A stretch of 64,000 nt of DNA. Origin: Hyphochytrium catenoides. Its lineage: Eukaryota > Protista > Hyphochytriomycota. Positions within the stretch are counted from its first letter, which is position 1. Each line of letters begins with the position of its first letter. The notes beneath the pieces were generated by a model that saw only the letters and a program-made list of their open reading frames with translations, did no database searches and was not told the origin of the DNA. Below are positions 27,918 through 39,367 of this stretch, piece after piece. Location: the NCBI GenBank assembly GCA_900088475.1, contig FLMG01000171.1, forward strand, positions 1-64,000, read 5' to 3'. The translations under genes were made by a program, and so were the position numbers.

Positions 27918-30645
27918 CTATCTGGAGTTCTTCACGGCGTCGAACAACTCGGTGGCACGCCTAGACACCTGTGACGTGCAGCGCCGACATAACAATTAAC
28001 AGGCAAAAAAAAAGTTATAACTATCTCACTCAGTAAGCGGAGAAGCAATACCGTAGGAGAAAGGAGGAGATCCGGCATAGCGGCAAGATACCAGCGGACA
28101 TACCTCAGCCGGACTAAACCCTGCTTTGTACAGAGATGATCCCAAGCCGAATGACCTTGCCCCAGCTTTCATATATCGTGGAATCGTTTCAACATCAATG
28201 CCGCCGACAGGCAGCATAAGGGCGTCAGAAGGAAGCACTAGAGGAAGAGCATGTGGAGCAATGACTGTTAGAAATAAAGCACGTGGACCTTAACAGCTAA
28301 CGCCACTAGGAGGCACCACCAAGTACAGGCTACTGTCCGCTGTGTTGAGTACTCCCACCTGTCTTGAATGCCTTGAAGCCTGCAACGGAGATCATCTCAG
28401 CGGGAAATAGCTTCAGCCCGTGGGCACCTGCTTCTAGCGCTGCAAAAGCCTCAGAAGGTGTGGTGACACCAGGCAACATAATAAGTCCCCTAGATACGGC
28501 AGCTGCCACCACATCAGGATTAAAGTTTGGGGAGACAATGATAGCTCCACCGGCATCAGCTACTGCGTGGACCTATTTGAGATAGACGAGAGCCCGATCC
28601 GATGAGTTGCAGAATTTAGGAGGATTCAATAACCAGTCCTCATGAGGAAAGATGTAACAGCATTCAGAAAGCGAGCCAGAGTAGCCGTTGTAGACACGCA
28701 TGGAGGAAATGCAGCAGCACGATGGCCTGGAGATTGCTAATCCTAAGATTCTGATTCGCATCTCCATGACAAAGCTTCGAGAGGTAGTGGCCATGTTGAA
28801 CAAGCAGGAGGATGGCATAATGAGGTCTTCCGCGTAAAAAGACTAACCTTCTCCACGGTATCAATTGTCCCAGCGCCTATGAGCATTGAGTCACCAAACG
28901 CTTCTTTCATGGTACGGATGCTCTCAAGGCAATTTGGAGAATTCCAAGGAACCTCCACGATGGAGTAACCCGCGTCATGGAGTACAGAGCAAACAGATCG
29001 GGCTTCAGAGGGTTTGATCCCTCGTAAAATAGCAACTAGAGGGCATCTAGCTAAATGCTTCACCAGCAGATCTTTGGGCGATGAAAGGGTAGAAGCCCTG
29101 CTTTCTTTCTCTTCCTTTCTAGACGGTTTGACAGCAAAGCCCGCCAAGGATAGTAAGCCCTTTCTGGATATCTCCTCCCCATTCAGAAGGACTGGTTCAA
29201 TGTTCCAAAGTTGGAAGGCTTGCTGATAGAGAGAGAGAAGAGAGTCTGAACCCACTACTGCAACACCAGAGGGAGGACTCAGCCTAAAATTTTTCATGCC
29301 CGAAGACACCTCGTGGCCGATGACAATGCCGGACAGAAGGGACAGAGAGCCCGTCTCGTCCACCTCTTTAGCCAAAACTCTTCTCCGCACTTGAAAGAGA
29401 TCGGCAAGAAAGCCATCGCGACTCTGTTTAGCGATCTCAACACCCTTCCGGAACTCCTTCTCCTTGACGGGGCTGCTCGTTGCTTGAGCTGCATTCACAA
29501 GTAGCGCCAAGGAGGGATCAATGCAGTCAGGTTACAGATGCGAGAGGGTAAAAAACAGCCAAACTTAGAAGATAATTTGACTTGAAGATCCATAAGAAGG
29601 AGTCTGTAAATCAGAGGTACGCACCTGGGCGGAGAATGGAGTGCTTCGAGATGATAGAGAACATCTCGCCGGTCATGTATGTCTTGAAATAGTTCACCTG
29701 CTGCGCAGCTGGGTCGATGACAGCCCATTTACTGTGAGTGCCTGTATAGGAGATCATCAGTTTCCATTGTGAATCAAAATGGAGCCTGCCATACTAGGAG
29801 ACTCTATTTCCACTCTCCTTTTCCTTTTCCTTGCCATCGTCATGTCATTTCCCTCTGTTTTCTTTTCATTTGTTACTCCGCTTGTCCCTAGAACTATTCT
29901 AAATAGCGGTTAGAATAGTCCTGCACTTCCGATCTCAGGTATGAAGCTTCTATCCTTTGTATTGTTTGTGCCAGCAGCGGTTGACTTACCAGGAAGAATG
30001 ATTAAATCCGCCGTGATGCCTTGGTCGTTCAACATCTCTAACGCACCAAATATTTGCGTCTCTTCGCCGCGTATGACATCCGGGGCTACCTGCTGCCCTT
30101 CATTGTAAGGTGTTGATTGACTACACGAGAGGCCGGAGAAAATGGTGATCGATCGCCCAGATTTGGATGTGAACTTCTCTGCCTGAGCTCTGACATTCTC
30201 AGCCGTAGCCGGCACTGATGCATACTTAACCTCCCTCCAGCCTCTATTGGACCCTGCCTGAACTCGATCCACTCGTCAGAGAAAGCACGGGCTCGGCGAG
30301 TTCGGTTGCTTACCATCCCGCATATAAAAACTGGTGCGGTGCGTGGCCAGTCTCTGCAGTGCGATTCAAACGCCTCGTCAAAATCCTTCACGTTCAGTAT
30401 GCCGCCGCTGTTGCTGGAAACACTATCAATGACAGTGCCATCTGGGACATGCATCACTATGTAAGTACCAGTCTAATTGCTAAGACGTGTTCTCCATGTC
30501 CCATGTAGGCTCGTAGTGCTAGAAGGATTGCCATTAACCTCTTACCGTTGACGTTAACGTAGAAGGCACGGAAGGAAGAGGTGCCCCAATCGGCGAGGAT
30601 GGCTTTGTTATGCCCGGAATTCTCATGAGGACCTGACGATGCCAT
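27918..30645 (-). CDS. dgoK-dgoA: Bifunctional fusion: 2-keto-3-deoxygalactonate kinase (DgoK) + 2-keto-3-deoxy-6-phosphogalactonate aldolase (DgoA); 8 exons; possible in-frame upstream start at 30783
   Basis: DgoK motifs DWGTSSFRA, GM|AGSNRGWREVKY, DVIRGEETQ, LPGTHSKW, FKTYMTGEMF, LSGIVIGHE. DgoA motifs PLVAILRGI, VEVPWNSP, IGAGT, VSPN, TPSEAFAAL, LKLFPAE (Schiff-base Lys), LPVGGI, GLGSSLYK. The kinase C-terminus and aldolase N-terminus lie in one uninterrupted exon (ORF 28743..29510). Confidence 0.92.
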
Positions 30646-31485
30646 TCTCACGATCGACCGGATTGGTGGCACGGTTGGTCTATAGTTTGCAGCGCAGCCG
30701 GACCGTCCACTTGCATATACAGACCGCCCAGACGCAAGCATACGCCGAAGTCCAGGAGGACAGGGTCTTATAGCGAGTGGCATTGCTAACTTGGTCCGCT
30801 TCCTCTGGTTGTCAATCGACCGACAGGCTTAGCTGAGCATGTCAGAGTAGACAATGATGCTTACCGGCGGCAGAAGCAAGGTCCTCAAAACCGATGAATC
30901 TATGAATGCTAGAAGTCTAGTATTTCCTATTTCGAGGCACAACCTTCATCTCCCGCACCAGAGATCAGCACCAGTGCCCCTGTGACCGGTCATCCTGATG
31001 AGCATGAGAGCATCAGCACCAGCATCAGGCGGCTTTCCGTTCTCTCAGCAATGGAGATTCTGGGCTGTCCGGATCTTTTGTCTGCCTCCCTTCTTCACAT
31101 TCTGAATCAACAGAAAGATCAGAACCTTAGATCCACTCAGTGAATCAGTTCTCGATAACCGCATCGGCTGCCGATAACGCCAATACTCTAGAGTTTGGAG
31201 AAGAACAGATTTGCAGATCAGATTGCTCACAACCTGCCTTTACCCAAGCTGCACAGAGGCTTCTCATCATCAGCAGAAGTGTATCGCGGGGAGCAAGGCA
31301 GACAGGAGAGACGAAAGAAGGAGCGGGCAACGGGTGAGGGTGGAACTCGGCCCAGGGTGTTTGATCTTGTTTCAAGCTCTCATAGTTAAATGGCAGGCTG
31401 ACGCAGCGGGTGCGTCTAACCTTGAAGCAGTGGCAGTTAGGCGAAAGAGCGGGGGTTAAGAGGAGAGAAGTCAAGGTGCTGCTTC

Positions 31486-33240
31486 ATGATGGCGTCTCTC
31501 GAATCAGAGCGCGTTCAGCGAAGAAAGCAGGGCTTCAAGAGACAAGACCTATGCCAAACAAGCCAACAAAGACGGCGCTCGGAGCAGCTAACGAGACAAA
31601 GAGAGGCCCGCAGGGACTTAACCCAGCTTGCAAGAACGCTAGCTGAAAGTTCCTCCGCTCAAGAGGTCAATGGAAATGAAGAAGGTAAACCACCGCTAAA
31701 GAACATCATATCGGCCCGCAAACGATATCTTATCAGCGTCGACCACACGACAGATGACGAGCAGGGACAGGAATGGGAAATGCACGAGGGTATGGAGGAG
31801 GATGTGCACGAGGCCCCCACAGGCTCTCATCAGAGCCGAGAAGACCGCCTCCGAAAGCGAAGAAAGCACTTCAGCCAGCAGCTAATGATCCCAGAGGTAT
31901 TTCCTGTCCTACCGCGCTCCATTAACACAACTGACAATATGATAGTGGATGGTAGAGGTCCCGGAAGGGTTGAATGGCAAGGATAGCGAACTAGGCCTGG
32001 GATGGTATGTCCTCCCCCGTCCAGAAGGCAAGCGGTGCCTCGTCATCTCCAGCGGGTAGGTAGCGAACGCAACTTCATGTGCAGTTGCCATGCTAATATG
32101 ACCCTGCAGGTCTAAGACAATCAGTCGCTACCAGAGCGGCTTCATCTTACATAAGTTCGCATCAAACCTGCCCGGTGGTAAGTCGTAGCGACGAATCTTC
32201 CCTACAGGAAAAACCCTGAGGGAGCTTACCCTCTAACCCAGGTTCACGACGGAGTGACTCTGGCGACTATTGCATTTTAGATTGCATCTACCACGAGAGT
32301 GATAGGACGTACTATGTGCTTGATATGATGTGCTGGAAGGTATGATGTTCAAGGGATGATTCTGCATCTCTTTCCGGCTTAACGGACTTTGATGTCCAGG
32401 GTTATTCCCTCTACGATTGCACGACAGACTTCCGCCTTTTCTGGGTGAGGACGAAGCTAGCAGAGGTCAACGTTGATGCCGTTACCGATCACAACGACTA
32501 TCGATTCTTGGTAAGTATACCCACCCAGGCAGTCGCTGTTTTTGGCAGATGAGATAGCAGAGGCAACGATAAAGCCCTGAGCGCTGTTCTTAACTATCTT
32601 GTTTGCCACGGCAGCCAGTTCCGCACTTCGAGAGTGATTCAAACGCTGTCCAGTATGCTTACCAATCTCATTTTCCATTCTTGAGGTGAGTGCCTGTCAT
32701 TTTCCTGGCAAGCTTCGTTGTCTCTTTATCCCAAGACCGCCACTCATAGAGGTTCAACGAAGGGATGGGTTGATATTTATTCTCAAGGCCTCGCACTACA
32801 ACCCTGGTGTGACTCCTTGTGCGCTAGTGTGGAAGGATCAAGTGTGCAGTCGATATTTCCGTATTCAGGATCATCAGAACATCGTTCTCGAGCTCACTGA
32901 GGACGGCAAGCTCCTTACGGTAGATAACGTAGGGCTCGGACAGCTGGACAAGCGCTCTTTGGAAGAGAAAGAGGTATGTCCTAGCTACTCTTAAGTACCA
33001 GTAATACTGCTAACCATCACGTAGTTGCACACTGGCGACCTTGTACGGTGCCATATAGATGGAGTGACCCAAGACATGGATGGGACTATCAGGGTTACTG
33101 GGTTGAAAATGGAGAAGAAGTGCTCTATTCAGCGCGGAGTAGCTGACAGCTGGACGAAAGTTCTCTTCTACTCGCGGCATAATATGGTTCCAATCAGCCA
33201 GCTCATAGAGGCTGCGAGAGAGGTTGCAATGGGAAACTAG
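31486..33240 (+). CDS. SNUPN: Snurportin-1 (m3G-cap snRNA import adaptor)
   Basis: Basic IBB-like N-terminus (QQRRRSEQLTRQREARRDL), QLMIPE|WMVEVP, WYVLPRPEGKRCLV, YCILDCIYHE, YYVLDMMCWKG, DCTTDFRLFW, DGLIF...HYNPGVTP. Confidence 0.93.
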
Positions 33241-33351
33241 GCCTCCGTGGCCAAGGCTAACAAATTCACAATAAATACACTCGTCAGATATAAGCGCACT
33301 AACCCAAGCTACTAGTCCTAACTCTGTTGAGCCCTGCGCTGGCTAATACTC

Positions 33352-33705
33352 CTAGTATTCAACGGTAGAACCCGGAATTGCGTCCCTGCTCTTGGTGATG
33401 ATCTCCTCAATGGTGTGGAACTTGGTCTTGCTCATAGGTCTGCAGCTTCTGATCTTGACGAAGTCACCTAGAGTGAATAGAAACCTAAGCTTCACCAGCA
33501 CTACGTAGCCAAAACCACAAAGGAAACTCCACAAGAAAACTGACTTACCGAGCTGAGTGACTTCGTTCTCGTCGTGAACCTTGAACTTCTTTTTGTACAT
33601 GATTGGCGCGTGAAGCTTGGGGTGCATTTGGCTTCTCCGAACCTCGACAACAGCCGTCTTGGCCATACCTTTTCCAATCACTCTCCCAAAATAGAACGCC
33701 GTCAT
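33352..33705 (-). CDS. Bacterial-type ribosomal protein uS17 (probably mitochondrial), 2 exons
   Basis: GRVIGKGMAKTAVVEV..HPK...KKFKVHDENE..G|DFVKIRSCRPMSKTK; intron at about 33468-33547 is read through in the ORF track. Confidence 0.92.
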   Translation of the reverse strand: MTAFYFGRVIGKGMAKTAVVEVRRSQMHPKLHAPIMYKKKFKVHDENEVTQLGKSVFLWSFLCGFGYVVLVKLRFLFTLGDFVKIRSCRPMSKTKFHTIEEIITKSRDAIPGSTVEY

Positions 33706-34389
33706 CGTGGCTAGCTGTAACTCTATCGATATAGATAGACGATCTGTAGGAGTGGACCTCAGCTCTGTATGTGGCGTGCTGGATAACGAGACCTTCTTCC
33801 ACAGAGATTTGCTCCAGAGATTAACAGATGAAGCTTCTCAATGAGCTTCATGAAGCTTCACAACTCACCAGCCAGCCAGACTCCAATTTTATTACCCGAG
33901 ACTAATCACATCTCCGAAATTAACGTGGTTAAGTTTATTGTGATCTACCTATTATTATTGGGAACTACAGGTCTACCGGATGGTTCCGAAAGTGAGCTTC
34001 TCCTCCAGCTGATACCTATCCAGAATAACCATCCCTTGAGAGTGCGTTAGGACCAGGGGGTTCGGAATAGAGCGGATGGTCTACATTTATTATTAGGTAT
34101 GGCTTTTTATACTCACGCCTTTATGGTACCCGTGAGACAAAGTTCCATGAGTAATGACGAATCATCAAGCTCTGCAAAGTCTGCAGATCTGCCACCTCAA
34201 GAAAGATGCAGGATGCAGATCTTCATCAGAAAAAGGGCTTCAGAGTCCGTGTTAGCCGAAGAATTTGCCCTATAATTACCTGGTGGTCAGAGTCCGGTGT
34301 TCTGAAGAACGGAAAAGGATCAGTAGAGTTCATGGTCGAGGTCCATATAGAGAAGAGAGTCCGTAAGCCTTAAGGTCCCATCTTCAACA

Positions 34390-35274
34390 ATGGGGTCTCT
34401 GCACCGAATCATCAGGCCTATACTTCCTCAAGTCCGAGGGCGCTATGCTGCATATGCTCAGCCTTCCACCGGCGATGCTGACAGACTTCAGTATGTGGTA
34501 AGAGTGACGTCCCACACATTGCCTAGTTGACTCCCCCGGTCACCAGTACACCTTATAGGCCCGACTGGCTGTCGGTACGAGACTCTTCAGGACCTCGCCA
34601 TCTCTCTTGGAGATGTTGATCATGAAAGTACCAGCGATGGGTGACTCGATTACCGAAGGGACGCTCGTCCAGTTCAACAAGAACCCTGGGGATTATGTGA
34701 ACCAAGACGAAGTCATATGTGTCATTGAGACTGACAAGGTACGAAGCTTAAGCTCTCCGTAGTTTCTTGCCTTTCACAACCGTTGCCTTGCTGATAGGTT
34801 AGCGTGGATGTCAGAGCACCACAATCCGGCACTATCGTAGAATTCATACCAAAACTTGACGAAGAAGTCGCCGTGGGTGGTGATCTGGTCAAACTGGATA
34901 CTGCAGGATCTGCTAAGAATGTACCACCCTCAGAACCCAAGGCAGTGTCGCCTCCAGCTACTCCAAGCCCTTCTTCCATTGACTCAAAGCCTACACCCCA
35001 AGCAGAGAAAGCCAAGACTGTAACAGAAGTAAAGTCGATAGGGCACCGGGTACCAAGCATCAAATTCTTAGGTAAGAGGTCAAAATCGAAGACCTCTTCA
35101 GGCCTGGCCACCAGTGCCGGCCAGCTGTCAATGGCACGGTCACCGCTTCCTAAGGAGGATGTGTCACCTAAAGGTGCCATTCCCTTTGACGACACTCCTT
35201 CTCTGTTCAAACATCTACCTTTGTCGGCGGAAGAAATGGAGGCAATAGACTCTGGGGGTGCCTCAATGTTTTAG
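34390..35274 (+). CDS. Mitochondrial lipoyl-domain protein with C-terminal KGD4/MRPS36-like motifs and no acyltransferase core; 3 exons
   Basis: Presequence-like N-terminus (..[10 protein letters not shown]); E2o-type lipoyl domain [23 protein letters not shown]|[11 protein letters not shown]; P/A/S linker; [12 protein letters not shown]; terminal [18 protein letters not shown]. Confidence 0.85.
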
Positions 35275-35354
35275 TCTTGCCTTGTCTGTTTGGCGCTCAG
35301 GCACTTTTCAGATCAACCTATCATCTATCTATTTTGGCTTCGATACGCCTGTCA

Positions 35355-36579
35355 TTACACCCATACTTTGACACTCCCGTCGTATGCTCCTGAGAGAAGC
35401 ATAGTTTGCGTCGGATGAAAAGCTGCGCTATTAACGATACCCTTGTGCCCAATAAGCTTGGTAATGACATTGCCCTAAAGAGACCAGGTCAGCATGTAGC
35501 TTCGTCAGCATGTCAAGCTTGAGTCCGTACCTCAACAAGATCCCAGCAAAAGATGCTGTTGTCTTCGGAGCCGGAGAAGACATAGGCATCATTATGGGAG
35601 AAGCATGATTGGACCCGATATGAGTTATTCAGATGCCCTACATACCTGGACACAGAGACCACGTTAGGCCTTCGTCCATTGAACTCTAAAGAGGCGGACA
35701 GAACTTACTCGGTGAGCAGCTCCCCCGAGTCCTTTTCCAGAAGTCTTATTCTATTGTCTAGACCATTGGCTAGAATGCAATTGCGGTCGTTCGAAAGCTG
35801 GACGCTGCACACGCTCTCATGGATGTTGTCCGCAAACACCTTTCCCATACGGAGATCAAATATCCGAACAAACCCGTCAACTGAGCTGTGCCGTGTAGCC
35901 GCGTCAGGACGTGGCGTCATACTATGAGCAGCACTGCAAGAAGGACTCTGTTACTGACCTTGCAATGATCTGGTCCGCAGTCACCACGATGCCTGTGACG
36001 CTATCCTTGAAGTGGTCCAGGATCTGGATAGGCTCATAAGAATTCTGGGCACGAACGTCCCAGCATCTTATGGTTTTGTCATAAGAACCGCTAAGGATCA
36101 CAGTCCCATCAGCGTTCATGGCAACAGCATTTACACGGTGGAAATGTCCTTGAAAACGCCGGATAACTTTCCCTGTGGCGACATCCCATAAGAAGACTAT
36201 TTTGTCTCCTCCGCATGAGACGAACTTGGCATTGTCATGAGAGCTAGACAAGGTTCCATTAGCACTATCGAGCCCAGACAATCCTCTCAAGTCGACGCCT
36301 TACATGACCAAGTCTTGGATCTCATACCCATGTGGCCCACTGTATGTCTTCACCAGGAAGCCCTCCTCCCCGTCGGGCCCTTCGCGATGAGGGTTCCAGA
36401 GGCATAGCCTACGATCCGAACCTCCGGACATGCAATAGCTCCCATCACCTAGATTTCCAGTTAGGCTCCCTCCCTCTCTCACGATACCTACAAGGGTACT
36501 CACCATTAAACTTGACAGCCAGCACGGCGCCCTGATGGCCCCGTAGCGTGCGGACATTTTCTCTCGGAACACCTGACAT
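35355..36579 (-). CDS. WDR83: WD40 repeat protein WDR83/MORG1
   Basis: MSGVPRENVRTLRGHQGAVLAVKFN|DGSYCMSGGSDRRLCLWNPH..LVKTYSGPHGYEI..SCGGDKIVFLWDVATGKVIRRFQGH..SGSYDKTIRCWD..EPIQIL..KDSVT. Confidence 0.9.
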
Positions 36580-37242
36580 CGTCAGCAAACGTGCACTATG
36601 GTCCTTACGGCGTGGGCCGTATCAACTAGGCCCATCTCACCCTTCTACACAGAGAGGAATTGCACTGCGAGCTGAGCTTGTCACAATTGGCTATGGTCCT
36701 CCATTCCCAGGCTACTAAGCCGGCAAATGATCACCTCCTCCCGCGGTGCAGCTCTTTACAAGGGACGCTGGCAGCTGGCAGGCTGAATTGTCCTGTCAAT
36801 CTCTTCTGCACTCTGCACCGATGATCCATCATCAGATCATCAGAAGCCAAGGAATCGTCCCACAGATCTGTGTACGGAGAAATCCACGGCCATAAACGTT
36901 AGCGGCACCTTTGAAGAGTTCCCGGGTCTTCTTCACACTTTCAAAGACTCCTCCAGGCCATTCTCAGACAGGTTTCCAGCTGATGAGCTCGGTCACTCTT
37001 GAAGAACGGGCTTGAGCTGTGGACTACTGAGACACTTTTGATACTGCAAGGTGTCGAAGACTGGTGACCTTTCACATCTTAGGGTCTCAATGCTTTTGCC
37101 TTCTCCATCATCCTGATAAGCGCAGCTTCCATCGAGCGCTGGTGTCTGCTATTCATCATTGGCAACCTCTTGGAACATCTGTCCTACCATGCAAAGACGC
37201 TCTCCTTAACGTTTCGCGAGGAGAATCTGTTTGACTCGGGAA

Positions 37243-37794
37243 ATGGTAGCGTACTGGTGGCAGGCAGCTGGAGTCATGGGGGACCAGGAGCCGCAAGCTG
37301 GAAGCTCTAGACGTCGCACGTTCACTGATATGGAGACTGAGGCCCACATGGAAGGCCAATCGCCGAAAGAGGTAATCTACAGCCAGCTCAAGAAACTAAA
37401 GCTTGAGACCTCCATGCAAGCAGAGGCTTCGGGCACGTTTGAGCGGGCGACACAAGCAAAGACTGCAAACTTGTCGATTCAGCGAGAAAGTGCTTCTGAG
37501 ATGTTGAACGGCGGCAGACAGCTAGAGCATCAACGACCCCACAAAGCAATTATTGGGCATGGCAGCATTACTTTGAACACCACCGACGGGACTTCAAGCA
37601 ACTCTTTGACACAGCAATCAATCCCCCAAACCGACAGCGGACACCGGAACAGCGAGGAGTGGATTCACTTTGATAATATGGATTATCGCGATATCAACAA
37701 GCTACTAAGGGAGCTCCATTTTGAGCGGAAGCGAAGGCTCCACCAGCCCGCAGGGCGGCCATCTCTTGACGAAGAAATGTACGATGACTTATGA
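37243..37794 (+). CDS. Intronless disordered protein with a C-terminal FAM104/VCF-like helix
   Basis: Single long ORF with a basic KKLKL patch and C-terminal YRDINKLLRELHFER, matching my recollection of the FAM104 motif (YxxINxxLREAHF). Start codon uncertain (37243 or 37276). Confidence 0.55.
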   Translation: MVAYWWQAAGVMGDQEPQAGSSRRRTFTDMETEAHMEGQSPKEVIYSQLKKLKLETSMQAEASGTFERATQAKTANLSIQRESASEMLNGGRQLEHQRPHKAIIGHGSITLNTTDGTSSNSLTQQSIPQTDSGHRNSEEWIHFDNMDYRDINKLLRELHFERKRRLHQPAGRPSLDEEMYDDL

Positions 37795-39268
37795 GCCAAA
37801 CAATTTCTCCCAAACCACAGACCTAGTCACGCCTTGGGCAAGGGCTACTCTCATACTGCGGGTAAGCACTTCGTTACCAGTTCACCTGGCACCAAGCTAG
37901 GTCATAGTGCTGCTCCTACATCCACACGTCGTCACCCGGCTGACGTGTCAAGCAGGTCCATGCGACTATTGGGATAATTTTACGCCCACGGCTGGCCTGT
38001 AGAGCTTGCTTGATGTGCAATATGTAGGCTGTCTTAGTGCGCTTCGCAGCGTTCCTAGGGGAATGTTATAGCGGAGTGTGTCAAAGCGTTCGATGTAGGT
38101 CTACCATAGATCAAGGTAAGTCTCTATCATCCTATAGATAAGTACATTACGAGGTACCGCCAAATGTGTGAAGTTTGTCGCGCGAAACCACCATCACAGG
38201 GTCCTACTTCCTTAAAAATTTAGCTAGACTAGATATCACCTGTCCGAGCTTCTGAGTTGCGTGTGGACTGTACATCCCTGAGTGTCGATTATAAAACAGA
38301 GGTGTCCTCACTATATCTGGTCCTAGATAGGGAAGACCCCGGTGCTTGAAGCCTTTATGAAGTAACGTGAAGCATCAGTTAACGGCAAAGGAAAGCTGGG
38401 GAAAGCCGCACCGCCCGCCAGCACCATTTTAAGCGACGCGAGTACGAGGTTCTTTGAGGCCGGAACTATGAAGAGAAACCAATTGTTGACCATTCTGTCC
38501 TTTACCCCTTCCTTTGTAGTTCTAGTGTGTCCAGAGGTCCCCCACCTGAGCCTCCAAAGTGCAGCGCTTATGCGCCTGTCACAGGAGACCTCACGGCCAA
38601 CGGCTCTTATTCTTCGTCGCTAAGTGCGATGCAGGCTGACATACCCTGATTAAAAAAAGTAGCCAGCGAGATTTTTCATGATGATAGATAATAATCTATT
38701 ATTCAAGGAAGGAAGTGCTGTCCCATAGCATTGCCGCTCTGGAAGAATGCATATCTCTGGCGATTCAGCTCAAACCAAAAGACTATGCACACAACACTAG
38801 GATTCCCAGACCTTGACTGATAAGATGTTGTTGACTCGTCATAGTTGTACTATTGCCGCATGTTTTGCCGTGCGGGGTCAGGAGTCGGTCAGCTTCATAA
38901 GTCAACATGAGATACCATTTTCCTCCTCGCTGCTGGCGGAATGCAGGGGACAGCATCTTCCACTTGAGCTTATTGACTGCCGCTTTCTCAAGGCCCAGAC
39001 CAATACAAGGAAGATTGAGGTCAGGGCCAGTAACCTCGACTTCGCAAGATGGGCTTCTGCTTCTCCAGGTGCCTTTGCTATTAATTCCGCCTCAAATGAT
39101 TTTGAGCTTCAAAGATTGGCAAACACTCTTCTAAGCGTAAGGCCGTAGATGCGGCAATCGGAACTCGTTTGGTCCAACGCAGGGATAGAGCCGGCATGAA
39201 AAAATTCACCAGCCTCTTGATACCCATTACCCTTATGCCCAGGACTCCTCAGACAGCAGTCTGTGAAT

Positions 39269-39325
39269 GTTTCTTTTTGACAGAAGCGCCAATGGAAGCA
39301 GAAGAAGAGGATAATCGAGGTTAGC
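39269..39325 (+). repeat. 57-bp duplicate of 27437..27493 (exon end plus splice donor of the ERICH3-like gene)
   Basis: gtttctttttgacagaagc(g/a)ccaatgg(a/g)a(g/a)cagaagaagaggataatcgaggttagc; 54/57 identical by manual alignment. Confidence 0.9.
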
Positions 39326-39367
39326 GAGGTACTCTCGCTTGTGAGGAGGAGTCCTGGGCTCACAAGG

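Noticed and set aside
27918-30783. Bacterial contamination as the origin of dgoK-dgoA
   Set aside because: It has seven spliceosomal introns of the same style as its neighbours and is contiguous with eukaryote-specific genes.
34390-35274. Full-length dihydrolipoamide succinyltransferase (E2o) or a truncated pseudogene
   Set aside because: There is no catalytic domain and no space for one; the frame is intact and ends in a conserved-looking KGD4-type motif.
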